A stretch of 64,000 nucleotides of DNA from Gemmatimonadota bacterium (GCA_029863245.1 JAOTVV010000016.1:914-64913); one strand, 5' to 3'; numbered from the stretch's first letter, positions 16,532 to 27,445 are shown. Numbers and translations: made by a program. Notes: generated from the sequence alone by a model not told the origin.

Positions 16532-18475
16532 ATGCGGAAGGCCGTGCAGGTGGTCGGTATGCTCGTGTTCGGGTCGTCAGTGGTTGCGCCGCCCGGCGAC
16601 GCACAGCAGCGCATCGGCTGGACGGGTGGCTCCCCATTCGAGCGGCTCGACCTGCCGGCGGCCACCACGATCCGGACCGGAGCCGGTCGGCCGGGGCCGG
16701 ACTACTGGCAACAGCGGGCCGACTACACGCTCGTGGCCAGTGTAGACACCAGTAGCCAGCTGCTCACCGGCAGTGGGACCCTGCGATACCACAACAACTC
16801 TCCCCACACGCTGCGCTTCCTGTGGCTCAACCTAGACGCGAACCTGTGCGATCCGCAGAGTGAGGCCGGCGTGCTGAGCGTCCCGCCCCTGCTATTTGGC
16901 GATGCCGTGTTCGACTTCTCCTGCCAGGGCGGCAGCGGGATGACCCTCGAGCATCTCACGGTGGGCGGTCACTCCGTTGGCCATCGAGTCTATGGGACCG
17001 TCGCGCGAGTCGATCTCGCCACGGCCCTCCCGCCGGGAGGAACCGTCGAGCTGGAGATGGCGTGGCGCTGGACGCTCCCGGAGTACGGGTACGGCCGCAT
17101 GGGTCGCGACGGCACGCTCTACCAGGTGGCACAGTGGTATCCGCGTGTTGCCGTGTACGACGACGTGAGCGGCTGGAACGTGGCCCCGTTCCTGGGCGCG
17201 GGGGAGTTCTATCAGGAGTACGGCGACTTCGCGGTGGCGCTGACGGTACCCGCGGGCTACGTGGTAGCCGCGACCGGGACGGTCCAGAATCCGGACGTGG
17301 TGTTGACGGCTGCGCAGCGCGAGCGGCTCGCGCGAGCCCGCCGATCGGAGTCGGCCGTGGCAATCGTGACGGCTGACGAGGCGCGCCAGGCGCGGCAACG
17401 AGCGGTGCCTGGCACCAGAACCTGGCGGTTTGTTGCGCACAATGTGCGTGACTTCGCCTTCGCCATGGCGCCGGATTTCCGGTGGGACGCGAGCACGTGG
17501 GACGGGACGTTGATTCAGACGTTCTACCGACCGGAGGCCACGCTGTGGGAGGAGGCGAACCGCATGTCGTGGGTGAGCATCAAGCATTTCTCGGAACGCC
17601 TGGCGCGCTATCCCTACCCGCATGCCACCACGGTCGAAGGTCCCAACGAGGGCATGGAGTATCCGATGCTCACCTTCGTGCCCAGGGGTGGGTCGCGGGA
17701 GGAACTGTATTGGGTGTTGACCCACGAGTTCGGTCACGAGTGGTACCCGATGCTGGTGAACTCCAACGAGCGGCTGTACCCGTGGATGGACGAAGGCTTC
17801 AATACGTTCATCGACATCGGATCGGTCGAGGAGTACTTCGCGGGCGAGGCGTACGGCGACACGATCGACCTCCAGCCGCTGCACCTCTACGCCCTGCACG
17901 CCCTTGCGGGCAGGGAACAGGCCATGGCGCTCCCGCCCGACGAGCAGCATGATCTGTTCTGGGCGGCCTACTTCAAACCGGCGCTCATGCTGCATCTGCT
18001 GCGTACGGAGGTGCTGGGTCCCGAGCGATTCGACCGAGCGTTCTCGGACTACACCGAGGCATGGTCGTTCAAGCACCCCACGCCGGCGGACTTCTTTCGC
18101 TTCATGGAGGACGCTGCGGGCGCGCAGCTGGACTGGTTCTGGCGCGGATGGATCTACTCCACGGCACGGCTCGACCAGGCCGTTGCCGGGGTGGTGCTCG
18201 GGGGCGACAGCACCGAAACGGAGATCCATCTGCGCAACCGTGGTGCCATGGTGATGCCCGCGGAGCTGGCGCTCACCTTTGCGGATGGGTCGAAACAGAC
18301 CCTGCGACTTCCCGTCGAGATGTGGAAGCTGGGCCCCGACTTCGTCTACCGATTGCCGGCCGGTCGGTCGCTCGTCGCCGTGGAGTTGGACCCGCGCGGC
18401 GTGTATCCGGACGATGACCACGACAACGACACGTGGCGCGCCCCGGCGTCGGGCAAGGGGCCGCCCGGGCGCTAG
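16532..18475 (+). CDS. M1 family zinc metallopeptidase (secreted)
   Basis: GMEYP and HEFGH-x18-E (WMDEGFN); signal peptide. Confidence 0.93.
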   Translation: MRKAVQVVGMLVFGSSVVAPPGDAQQRIGWTGGSPFERLDLPAATTIRTGAGRPGPDYWQQRADYTLVASVDTSSQLLTGSGTLRYHNNSPHTLRFLWLNLDANLCDPQSEAGVLSVPPLLFGDAVFDFSCQGGSGMTLEHLTVGGHSVGHRVYGTVARVDLATALPPGGTVELEMAWRWTLPEYGYGRMGRDGTLYQVAQWYPRVAVYDDVSGWNVAPFLGAGEFYQEYGDFAVALTVPAGYVVAATGTVQNPDVVLTAAQRERLARARRSESAVAIVTADEARQARQRAVPGTRTWRFVAHNVRDFAFAMAPDFRWDASTWDGTLIQTFYRPEATLWEEANRMSWVSIKHFSERLARYPYPHATTVEGPNEGMEYPMLTFVPRGGSREELYWVLTHEFGHEWYPMLVNSNERLYPWMDEGFNTFIDIGSVEEYFAGEAYGDTIDLQPLHLYALHALAGREQAMALPPDEQHDLFWAAYFKPALMLHLLRTEVLGPERFDRAFSDYTEAWSFKHPTPADFFRFMEDAAGAQLDWFWRGWIYSTARLDQAVAGVVLGGDSTETEIHLRNRGAMVMPAELALTFADGSKQTLRLPVEMWKLGPDFVYRLPAGRSLVAVELDPRGVYPDDDHDNDTWRAPASGKGPPGR

Positions 18476-18489
18476 CGCGCGGGTGCTGC

Positions 18490-18813
18490 ATGGGAATCCT
18501 GCTGTGGGTGGTCGGTGCGTTGGCGCTTGCCTCTGGCGGCCTGAAGCTACGCGGCCGAGTACGAGCGACCGTGGGCACCGCGCGCATCGCCGTGTGGGAG
18601 ACTGCGGTCGGCGCGCTTACCGCGGTGGGGTCCGGCGTTGGTCTGGCCCGGGAGCGGCCGCTCGCGTGGACGGCGGTGGCCGTCACCCTCGGGTTCGTGG
18701 TGGTGTCGTCGGTGGTGCACATCCGGCGGACGGCACGCCTCCGCCGATCGCGCGAGGAATCCGCGGAAATGCGGCTCAGGAGTCACTTGGAGAGCGGACC
18801 ACCATCGACGTAG
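18490..18813 (+). CDS. Small membrane protein
   Basis: Three hydrophobic helices; directly follows the peptidase gene. Confidence 0.55.
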   Translation: MGILLWVVGALALASGGLKLRGRVRATVGTARIAVWETAVGALTAVGSGVGLARERPLAWTAVAVTLGFVVVSSVVHIRRTARLRRSREESAEMRLRSHLESGPPST

Positions 18814-18854
18814 TGGGCGACACGGGGCCTCGGACGCCGGGTCCCCGATCTACG

Positions 18855-21521
18855 TCATCCGGTGTTCCGCATGCCCGCCGCGATCCCGTTTACCGTGAGG
18901 AGCATGGCGTCGAGGAGTCGCGTGTCGTCCGGGCTCTTCCGCAGGCGACAGAGGATCTCCGTCTGCACCAAGTTGATGGGATCGATGTAGGGATTGCGCA
19001 CGTCGATGGAGCGCTGTAGCACGGGGTTCCCGTCGAGCAGGCGGTCGTGGCCGGTTACCTGAAGGACGACGTCCGTCGCACGTTCCAGGCGCTCCCGCAG
19101 GTCGGTCCCGATGGAGCGGATGCCTTCGGGGACTAACCGCTCGTCGTACTGCGCGGCGATGGCCGGCGACGCCTTGGCCAGCACCATCTCCACCAGATCG
19201 ACCGTCGACCGGAAGAACGGCCACCGCTCACACATCTCGCGCAACGTCTCGAGCTGTCCGGTGCGGAGTGGCTCGTCGAAGGCCTCGCTGAACCCGAGCC
19301 AGGCGGGGAGCAAGAGGCGCGTCTGCATCCAGGCAAAGACCCATGGGATGGCGCGGAGCGATTGCACCCCGGATCCCGGGCGCCGCCGCGCAGGCCGGCT
19401 GCCGATCTTGAGTGCGCCCAGCTCCACCTCGGGTGTGGCCGCGCGAAAGTAGTCCACGAACTCCGGCGTCTCGTACACGATCCGGCGATACGCCTCGCGG
19501 GACGTGTCGGCGAGCCCGCGCATATGCTCGCGCCACGCGGGGTCGGGCGCGTCGGCCGGGAGCAGCGTGGCCTCGAGCGTGGCCGTGATGTAGACCTCGA
19601 GCGTCCGCGATGCGATGCCCGGGAGGTCGAACTTGGCGGAGATCATCTCCCCCTGCTCGGTCACGCGGAGCGTGCCGTCTACCGAACCGGGTGGCTGCGA
19701 CTGGATCGCCAGATGGGTGGGGCCGCCGCCCCGTCCCACCGTGCCACCACGACCGTGAAACAGGGTGAGGGGCACGTTCTGCTCGCGGCACGCAGCGACG
19801 ATGGCCTCCTGGGCCTCGTACAGCTCCCAAGCGGCGGCGAGCCGGCCGCCGTCCTTGGCCGAGTCCGAGTAGCCGAGCATCACCTCTTGCCGCCCCGCGA
19901 TCCGGTCGCGATAGCCGGGGATGGCGAGCAGTTCGCGCAGGGTGGCGCCCGCCCGCCGCAGGTCGTCCACCGTCTCGAACAGGGGAACCACGCGGAGCGG
20001 CGGATCGAGCCGAGCGGCGATCTGCAACGCCTGGACGGCGAGCACGTCGGACGGCTGGGTGGCCATCGAGATCACATAGGCCCCCAGTGATCCCGGAGGG
20101 ATCGATGCCACCGTGCGGAACGTCTCGAGCACGTCGCGCACGTCGGGCTCGAATCGATCCGTCGACGTCAACGCCCGCCTGATGGCTCCGCCGCCCGCCG
20201 CGATCTGGTCGCACAGGAACCGTTGCCGCTCGGTCTCGTCCCAGCTGGCGTACGAGCCCAGTCCCAGCTGCTGTGTGACCGCGTCGAGTGCTTCGGCGTG
20301 GCGCGCCGACTCCTGACGCAGGTCGAGCCGCACGAGTGTCAAGCCGAAGCACGCGAGCCGGCGCTGAATGTCCAGCAGCCGGCCGCCGGCCAAGACGCCC
20401 GCACCCGTGGCCTCGAGCGACCGACGGCACAGCTCGAGCGGCTCGGCGAGATCCTCGGCCCGCCAGCACATGCGCTCGGCCGTGGCGCGATCGGGGACCT
20501 TCCACTCGAGCATCAGCTCGATGCCCGTGCGGGTTGCCCGCAACCGGTCGCGCAGATCCCGGAGCAGCGCGCGGTAGGGCTCGCGTGTCTTCCCGACCTG
20601 CGCCCTCAGTTCGGGGCTGGCATCACTGAGCGAGAGTTCCGCCCTGAGCGCCGACAGCTCCCGGAGATACAGGTCGGCCGCCATCCAACGCGCGAGCAGC
20701 GTCGCCTGCACGGTGATCTCGGGGGTCACGTGCGGGTTGCCGTCGCGGTCGCCCCCCATCCACGAGCCGAAGCGGATCGGCGCGGCGTCCCGGGGGAGTT
20801 CCCTGCCGATGGCCGACCGCAGGGCCCGGTCCAGCGCGCGGAGATTGGCTGGCACCGCGTCCCACAGCGTCTGCTCGAACACGACGAGTCCCCAGCGGAC
20901 CTCGTCGAGCGGTGTCGGCTGGGTGTGGCGCACTTCGTCGGTCTCCCACGCGATCGTGATCTCGCGCAGCAGGGATTGGCGGATTTCCTCCCGTTCGGCA
21001 GGCGTCAGGTCACTGCGGTCCTGCCGCCCCAGGAGATCCGCAATGCGCCGATGGGATCGTCGCAGCGTGCGGCGCACGATCTCAGTCGGGTGCGCGGTGA
21101 GCACCAGCTCGACTTGCAGGGTGCACACCTGCTCGAACAGGGCGTCGGGTGGGATCCCCCTCTCGAGAAGGCGGGCGAGTGCGTCCGCGAACGACCCCGG
21201 CTGGGGCGGCGCATCGGGATCATGTTGGTATTCGCGCCGCCGGCGCACGCGGTGATGCTGTTCAGCGATGTTGGCCAGCGTCAGGAAGTGCGCGAACGCC
21301 CGGGCGACGGGCAGGGCGTCGTCCACCGGAAGCTGTTGGAGCAGTTCCCGTAGTTCGCCGAAGCATCCCGTTTCACCCTGTCGCGCACGCTTGGAGAGCG
21401 CGCGCACGCGCTCCACGGTCTCGAACAGGGGCACGCCTTCTTGCTGACGCAGGGTCTCGCCCAAGAGGCTGCCAAGGAGCCGGACGTCGTCGCGGAGCGG
21501 ACGGTGGGGATCGGTGGTCAC
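18855..21521 (-). CDS. ppc: Phosphoenolpyruvate carboxylase
   Basis: VLTAHPTE, GSWMGGDRDGNP, QEVMLGYSDSAKDGG, FHGRGGTVGRGGGP, LRAIPWVF, C-terminal GMRNTG. Confidence 0.98.
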   Translation of the reverse strand: MTTDPHRPLRDDVRLLGSLLGETLRQQEGVPLFETVERVRALSKRARQGETGCFGELRELLQQLPVDDALPVARAFAHFLTLANIAEQHHRVRRRREYQHDPDAPPQPGSFADALARLLERGIPPDALFEQVCTLQVELVLTAHPTEIVRRTLRRSHRRIADLLGRQDRSDLTPAEREEIRQSLLREITIAWETDEVRHTQPTPLDEVRWGLVVFEQTLWDAVPANLRALDRALRSAIGRELPRDAAPIRFGSWMGGDRDGNPHVTPEITVQATLLARWMAADLYLRELSALRAELSLSDASPELRAQVGKTREPYRALLRDLRDRLRATRTGIELMLEWKVPDRATAERMCWRAEDLAEPLELCRRSLEATGAGVLAGGRLLDIQRRLACFGLTLVRLDLRQESARHAEALDAVTQQLGLGSYASWDETERQRFLCDQIAAGGGAIRRALTSTDRFEPDVRDVLETFRTVASIPPGSLGAYVISMATQPSDVLAVQALQIAARLDPPLRVVPLFETVDDLRRAGATLRELLAIPGYRDRIAGRQEVMLGYSDSAKDGGRLAAAWELYEAQEAIVAACREQNVPLTLFHGRGGTVGRGGGPTHLAIQSQPPGSVDGTLRVTEQGEMISAKFDLPGIASRTLEVYITATLEATLLPADAPDPAWREHMRGLADTSREAYRRIVYETPEFVDYFRAATPEVELGALKIGSRPARRRPGSGVQSLRAIPWVFAWMQTRLLLPAWLGFSEAFDEPLRTGQLETLREMCERWPFFRSTVDLVEMVLAKASPAIAAQYDERLVPEGIRSIGTDLRERLERATDVVLQVTGHDRLLDGNPVLQRSIDVRNPYIDPINLVQTEILCRLRKSPDDTRLLDAMLLTVNGIAAGMRNTG

Positions 21522-21602
21522 CGGGCTATAGCTAACGCCGTTTGAGCGGCGGTGTCAAAGCGTGGTTATTTCTCGATGGGCCCTCCCCGGGAGTGACCGC
21601 GC

Positions 21603-22655
21603 ATGGCGAACTCAGCAATCCGCATCCTGTTCCTCGCCGACACCCATCTGGGCATCGACATGCCGCTGCGGCCTCGAATCGCGCGGCGGCGGCGTGGACC
21701 GGACTTCTTCGCCAACTACGAGCGGGCGTTGCAGGCGGCGCACGACCACCGCGTGCACGCCGTGATCCACGGGGGCGACGTCTTCTATCGCAGCCGCGTG
21801 CCGGCCAAGCTCGTCCACGCCGGATTTGCGCCCCTCAAACGGGTCGCAGATGCCGGGATCCCCGTCTATGTCGTGCCTGGAAATCACGAGCGATCGGCGA
21901 TCCCGTTTCCGATGCTTGCCGAGCATCCCCGCATCCACATCTTCGACCGGCCCAGGACGTTCACGGCGGAGTGGGAGGGTGTGCGGGTAGCCATTGCAGG
22001 ATTCCCGTTCTGCAGGCGCGGCGTGCGCGGGGCCTTTCGCAGCTTACTCGGGCAGACGGAATGGAGGGGCGTCGGTGCCGACGTGAATCTGCTCTGCGTG
22101 CATCAGTGTTTCGAGGGGGCGACGGTCGGACCCAAGGACTTCACCTTCCGGTACACCGACGACGTCGTCAGGGCCGGCGACGTGCCGCCACCGTTCGCGG
22201 CGGTGCTCACCGGTCACATCCATCGGCATCAGGTGCTCACCGCCGATTTGCGCGGCCGGCCGCTCCCGACGCCGGTGCTGTATCCCGGATCGATCGAGCG
22301 GACCTCATTTGCCGAGCGGGATGAGGCGAAGGGCTATCTGGTGCTCCAGGTGGAGCCAGGAGCCGATCGCGGTGGGATCCTGAAGCAGTGGACCTTCCAT
22401 CGCCTTCCGGCGCGGCCCATGGTGCTCGTGGATGTAGAGGCCAATGGCGTCGAGTTCGGCGCGCTCCAGACCCTGCTCACCGATGCGATCGCCGAGGCGC
22501 CCGCGGACGCGGTGCTCCGCATCCGGGTGCGCGGCGTGCCGGCTCCCACAGCCTTCGCGGCGCTACGCGCCGCGCACGTGCGTGGGCTCGCCCCGGCGAC
22601 GATGAATGTGGAGGTGGTGCTGGTGGACGTGGAGCCCCCCGGCCGGAAGGACTGA
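21603..22655 (+). CDS. SbcD/Mre11-like metallophosphoesterase (DNA repair exonuclease family)
   Basis: ADTHLG, GGDVF, PGNHE, GHIH, YPGSIERTSFAE. Confidence 0.88.
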   Translation: MANSAIRILFLADTHLGIDMPLRPRIARRRRGPDFFANYERALQAAHDHRVHAVIHGGDVFYRSRVPAKLVHAGFAPLKRVADAGIPVYVVPGNHERSAIPFPMLAEHPRIHIFDRPRTFTAEWEGVRVAIAGFPFCRRGVRGAFRSLLGQTEWRGVGADVNLLCVHQCFEGATVGPKDFTFRYTDDVVRAGDVPPPFAAVLTGHIHRHQVLTADLRGRPLPTPVLYPGSIERTSFAERDEAKGYLVLQVEPGADRGGILKQWTFHRLPARPMVLVDVEANGVEFGALQTLLTDAIAEAPADAVLRIRVRGVPAPTAFAALRAAHVRGLAPATMNVEVVLVDVEPPGRKD

Positions 22656-22932
22656 GGTGGCCGGAGTTCGGAACGCTCCTGCGGTCTTGCGGCACCTCCT
22701 GGCGGGGCAACGCGGAATCCGGACCGAGCCGCTTCAGATTCTCGGTTGTGCACGCAGGACAACGAAGTCTGGGTAATGGAGGGGCTGAAGGAGGCCTTGG
22801 GACGGACGTGGATTGCGGGACGTGAGCGGGCTGCCCCTCCTTCCAGATGCCTTTGGTCGTAATTCCCCCGCCAAATCGTTTGACCTCTTCCACCATTCGC
22901 ACAACATTGACGTGGCTTTGCGAGGAGGGGTC

Positions 22933-23724
22933 ATGAGACGGGCTCGGATGATTGTGGCTGCTGCAGTCGTTGCTGGGTTTGCGTTCCTGGGATGCGGAGA
23001 GTCGACTGGTCCGATCGTCATCGACTTCGACTGGACCGGCGTGGTCGACCCAGGTGACCTCATCGAGATCAAGGGCACGAACGGCAGCATCAACGCGTCA
23101 CTGGCAACGGGCAACGAGGTTGTGGTGACAGCGCAGAAGGAAGGGGACCAGAGCGACCCAGCCACCGTGGACATCGTGGTGGTGCCCCACGCCGGTGGGG
23201 TGACGATTTGCGCGGTCTATCCCGACGTGCCTGGGCAGCCCGCGAACGTGTGTGCGCCCGGCGACCAAGCCCGGTTGAACAACCAGAACAACGATGTCGA
23301 GGTCACGTTTACGGTCGCCGTGCCGGCCGACGTCAATTTTGACGGTTTGACGGTGAACGGTTCCGTCACGGGCACCAACCTCGAGAGCGATGCCTCAGCT
23401 CTGGTGGTCAACGGCGGCGTGACGATCACGACGACGGAGCTCGCCGAGGCCATCGTCGTGAACGGCAACATCGTCGTGACCATGGGCGAAGGGAATCTGG
23501 ATCGAAATCTGGAGTTCGTCACGGTCAACGGGAACGTGAGCGTGGAAGTCCCGGCAAACACAAATGCCGTGGTCGAGCTCACCGCGACGAATGGGAACGC
23601 CTCATCCGATTTCTCCTTGACGCGCATCAATGCCGGAAGCATGCAGGGAACGCTTGGCAGCGGGGGGTTCGATTTGACGCTGGTGACGGTGAACGGGAAT
23701 GTGATGTTGTTGCGAGGGACGTGA
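22933..23724 (+). CDS. DUF4097-like beta-strand repeat lipoprotein
   Basis: GAGGAGG RBS, lipobox FLGC, repeated TVNG/VVNG motifs. Confidence 0.85.
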   Translation: MRRARMIVAAAVVAGFAFLGCGESTGPIVIDFDWTGVVDPGDLIEIKGTNGSINASLATGNEVVVTAQKEGDQSDPATVDIVVVPHAGGVTICAVYPDVPGQPANVCAPGDQARLNNQNNDVEVTFTVAVPADVNFDGLTVNGSVTGTNLESDASALVVNGGVTITTTELAEAIVVNGNIVVTMGEGNLDRNLEFVTVNGNVSVEVPANTNAVVELTATNGNASSDFSLTRINAGSMQGTLGSGGFDLTLVTVNGNVMLLRGT

Positions 23725-23882
23725 GACCTGAACTGTGAGCGGTGAGCGGGCTAGAAGACTGAGACGACTGTTATCGCGGGCCAGTCAGGCGTCTTTCTCG
23801 TCCTAGTCGTCTTTGTCGGCTCTCCTGCCGTTCCGGCCGCCGCAGTTTGGAGCCCCCAGCACCTTCCTAGGTACGTTTCTCC

Positions 23883-26177
23883 ATGCGCGTTCGTGCGATG
23901 TGGGGATGGTTGGTGCTGAGGCGACTCGCGTTCTCCTCCGTTCTTGTCGTTCTGCTTGCCATCGCGGCTGCCGAAGCGGTCCACGCCCAGGGAGTCCGCG
24001 ATATCACGGGTACGGTTCTCTCTTTTCGCGATAGCTCAGCGCTCCCTGGGGTGCTGGTCGAGATCCCGACCCTGGGCCGAGCAGTCGTAACCGACAGCAG
24101 TGGCGCCTTTGACCTGCGGGCGGTCCCTCGGATTCGGGTACGACTCACGCTGAATCGGATCGGGGTTCGGCCGGACTCGGTGTGGCTCGAGCCCGACCAG
24201 GATGTCCTGCGGGTGTTCCTGGAGCTCGCACCGATCGCGCTCCCGGCGATCACAACCGAAGGACAACTCCAGGCCCGCACGCGCTTCGAACGGCAGGTGC
24301 AACCCAGCGTCGTCAGCATCGATCGCGAAACCATCACTCGGCTGCCGGCGCCGTTCGAGGCGGACGTCGTGCGCGTAGTCCAGATGCTCCCCGGGATCGT
24401 CGCGCTCAACGACTACACCGTGGGTTTCAACGTGCGCGGCGGCGAGCCGGACCAGAACCTGACCCTGCTCGACGGTGTCACGGTGTTCAATCCGTCGCAC
24501 CTGGGCGGTCTGTTCAGCACCTTCGATACCGACGCCGTCGAGAACGTCGACTTCTTTGCTGGGGTATTTCCCGCTGGATACGGAGGAAGGCTGAGTAGCG
24601 TGCTGGACGTGTCCGTCCGTCCGGGCCGGCGCGATCGGTTTGGTGTGCGCGGAAGCATTTCGCTGCTGTCGAGCAAGGTGCTGGCCGAAGGTCCCATCGG
24701 CGGGACGGGCGCGACCTGGTTGGTGAGTGGCCGCCGTACCTACGCTGATGTCCTGGCCGGACTGCTCAGCGAGACGTCGTTGCCGTACTACTTCGCCGAT
24801 GCCCTGGGCAAGGTGCAGGTGCCGCTTGGCGAGCGCGCCACCCTCTCCCTCACCGGGTACTGGGGTCGGGATGTTCTCGACTGGACGTGGACGAAAGCGC
24901 GTCCGGGACAGGACGCCGTGCGGCTCGTGGCGGATTGGGGTAATCATCTCTTCGGGATCCGGTACGATCAACGTCTTGGGCCACACCGGCTCACGGTCGA
25001 AGGAGGCGTCACCGGCTTCACCGCCGGTGCGGGACTGGAGCCGGGGCTGTTCGCGGCGGAGAACACGGCGCGCCTCGTGTCGGGGCGCGCTCGAATGCTC
25101 CTGGCACCCCACCCCGCGCACGAAGTCCAGGTCGGCATCGGCGTCGAGGACTATCACCTGACGTACGGCGCCAAGTCGGAGAGTTTCGGGACGTCGTTCC
25201 TTGAGAGCGCGTTCCAGCCGCGTGTCTGGTCCGCGTTTGCCGACGAGCAGTGGCGCGTGGTTCCCGGGTTCCTCGTTCGTCCCGGCGTTCGCGTGGAAGC
25301 TGTCGAGGGTCCGGACGTGGTCAATCTCGCGCCGCGGCTCAGTGCCAAGGTGTTCGTCACCCCGGCGCTGGCCGTGACGGCCGCTGTGGGGCGATACCAC
25401 CAGGCGCTCCACTCCCTGCGGGACCAGAATCTCCCCTGGAATGTGTTCGATCTCTGGATCGGGGCGGATTCGGCGATCGCGGTCGCGCGGTCGGACCAGG
25501 CGGTGGTGGGGCTGGAATGGTGGTTCGGCGACGCCGAATCGGTGTCCATCGAGGCGTACCGCAAGACCTTCACCGACATCGTCGACGCGAACCTCAACGA
25601 GGACCCCGCTGTCGCGGGCGACGAGACCATACCCGTGAGTGGCGACGCGTGGGGATTCGATGTATTGCTGCGCCGCCATTGGGGGCGGGTCACGGGCTGG
25701 ATCGCGTACAGCCTCACCAAAGCGGTTCGACGGGCGAACGGTACCGAGTACCCGGCGGTACACGACCGGCGCCACACGGTGAATGTCGTGGTGCAGGCAC
25801 CGGGTCCGTTGGGCAGTGACCTCGGCGTGCGGTGGGGCTACGGGTCCCCGCTTCCGTTCACCCCGTTCGTCGGGGAATGGGACCACCGCTATTACCGGGC
25901 TGCGACGCACACCTTCGACGATTTCGAGCGGGAGCCCATCGCGAGCCCGGTGCTGAACAGCGAACGATATCCGTACTACGGTCGCCTCGATGTGACCCTG
26001 CGCTGGGAGAAGCGCGCGTGGGGTGGTGTGCTGAAACCATACGTGCAGATCGCCAACGCGCTGAACCGTCGAAACGTGTTTCTGTACTTCTACGACTTTG
26101 ACGACGCACCCCCAACCCGGAGCGCCATCTCGCAACTGCCGCTGCTGCCCAGCTTCGGTATGGAGTTCGAGTTTTGA
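23883..26177 (+). CDS. TonB-dependent receptor with N-terminal carboxypeptidase-regulatory-like domain
   Basis: Plug motifs LPGI, NVRGG, DQNL.LLDG, YGGRLSSVLD; C-terminal Phe (FGMEFEF). Confidence 0.92.
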   Translation: MRVRAMWGWLVLRRLAFSSVLVVLLAIAAAEAVHAQGVRDITGTVLSFRDSSALPGVLVEIPTLGRAVVTDSSGAFDLRAVPRIRVRLTLNRIGVRPDSVWLEPDQDVLRVFLELAPIALPAITTEGQLQARTRFERQVQPSVVSIDRETITRLPAPFEADVVRVVQMLPGIVALNDYTVGFNVRGGEPDQNLTLLDGVTVFNPSHLGGLFSTFDTDAVENVDFFAGVFPAGYGGRLSSVLDVSVRPGRRDRFGVRGSISLLSSKVLAEGPIGGTGATWLVSGRRTYADVLAGLLSETSLPYYFADALGKVQVPLGERATLSLTGYWGRDVLDWTWTKARPGQDAVRLVADWGNHLFGIRYDQRLGPHRLTVEGGVTGFTAGAGLEPGLFAAENTARLVSGRARMLLAPHPAHEVQVGIGVEDYHLTYGAKSESFGTSFLESAFQPRVWSAFADEQWRVVPGFLVRPGVRVEAVEGPDVVNLAPRLSAKVFVTPALAVTAAVGRYHQALHSLRDQNLPWNVFDLWIGADSAIAVARSDQAVVGLEWWFGDAESVSIEAYRKTFTDIVDANLNEDPAVAGDETIPVSGDAWGFDVLLRRHWGRVTGWIAYSLTKAVRRANGTEYPAVHDRRHTVNVVVQAPGPLGSDLGVRWGYGSPLPFTPFVGEWDHRYYRAATHTFDDFEREPIASPVLNSERYPYYGRLDVTLRWEKRAWGGVLKPYVQIANALNRRNVFLYFYDFDDAPPTRSAISQLPLLPSFGMEFEF

Positions 26178-27445
26178 ACGTCATGTGTCGGTTCGCCCTC
26201 TTGGCGGCAACTGCGCTGTCGGCCGCCTGCGAGTTCGGTGAGGTCACCGTGCCGACAAGTGATCCCATGGTGATCGTGCAGGCAATCATGCGCCCCGACA
26301 TCGCGCGGCAGTGGCTGATCGTGGAACAGACGTTGACGGGATTGGCCGTGATCGACCGGGAGTCGATCGTGGTCCCGGGCACCCCGCTGCCGCTGCCGGT
26401 GTCCGGTGCGACGGTGACGGTCACCAACCGCACCGATCCCAATGACCCCTGTGGCACCACGGTCTTCACGGAAGACCCCGGCGTGCCGGACATCCCCATG
26501 GGGGCCGGTGTGTACTGGAGTCCAGACGGGTGTCCTATGATGCGGGCCGGTGACACCCTCGAGCTCCGCGTCGTCACACCGGGCGGTGCCGTGGTCACGG
26601 GAACCAGCGAGGTGCCTGGCGCCACCGCCTTTGTCATGCGGGTCGCCTCCACCGCGGTCGAGGTGCCGGGTCCCGTGCTCACGCTCAACCGGGACGTCGA
26701 CTCCTTGAAGGCCAACGCTGCGGTCATTGCGGGCCGGGCGCTACAGCTGGAAGTGCGACGGCCGACCGTTTCGGGATCGTCGGTTCCGGGGTTCTGGTTC
26801 GTCGTCGACTCGACCGCGATGACCGTGCCCGGTAACCTGCCGGACATCATTTCAGCGTTTCTGCAGGATACGTCCGGCATCCCTGACGAGTTCCCGCCGG
26901 TGTTTGCAGCCGGTCGCTACTACGACGTAACCGTCGCGCTCGGCGACGCGCGGTACTTTGATTTCGTGCGATCGGGCAACATCCCGCCCTCCGGCCGCGG
27001 ATTCGTCAACAACCTGCAAGGCGGGATGGGGGTGTTCGGGAGCCTCGTCGCCGCGACCAACGAGGTGAGGGTCGTGGGGAATCTGGACGACGGTCGGGAA
27101 GGGCTCTACCGCGTAACCGGTGCTCTCTTTGGTGTCCCCGTCGACGCGACGCTCGAGCTCTACGTCGAGACCGCGGATGCCGACTCGACGGAGCTCTCCG
27201 CGTTTGTGAGCGGCGCGTGGCTGAACGGATCCATCGATGAGAGCGCCGACGGTGTGTTCCGCGCTGACACCCTGTCGCTCGTGATCGAGCAACGTGTGTC
27301 AGCCGCGGGCGATTCCGTGTCGGCGTATCTGCTGGTGGGTCCTACGTCGCCGAGTACCGCAACCACGCTCACCGCGTACGATGCTGAGCTTCGGGTCGTG
27401 GATAGCCTGACGGTGGAAAGAGTCCCGCCCCTCCCGCAGCCTTGA
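26174..27445 (+). CDS. DUF4249-like lipoprotein partner of the TonB receptor
   Basis: Lipobox SAAC, VSGATVTV, NLQGGMGVFGS. Overlaps the receptor stop; start may be ATG 26183. Confidence 0.75.
   Translation: MNVMCRFALLAATALSAACEFGEVTVPTSDPMVIVQAIMRPDIARQWLIVEQTLTGLAVIDRESIVVPGTPLPLPVSGATVTVTNRTDPNDPCGTTVFTEDPGVPDIPMGAGVYWSPDGCPMMRAGDTLELRVVTPGGAVVTGTSEVPGATAFVMRVASTAVEVPGPVLTLNRDVDSLKANAAVIAGRALQLEVRRPTVSGSSVPGFWFVVDSTAMTVPGNLPDIISAFLQDTSGIPDEFPPVFAAGRYYDVTVALGDARYFDFVRSGNIPPSGRGFVNNLQGGMGVFGSLVAATNEVRVVGNLDDGREGLYRVTGALFGVPVDATLELYVETADADSTELSAFVSGAWLNGSIDESADGVFRADTLSLVIEQRVSAAGDSVSAYLLVGPTSPSTATTLTAYDAELRVVDSLTVERVPPLPQP

Noticed and set aside
22477-22902. Minus-strand ORF containing RCPAC
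   Set aside because: Only one CxxC, low complexity, overlaps the nuclease gene; no support as a real gene.
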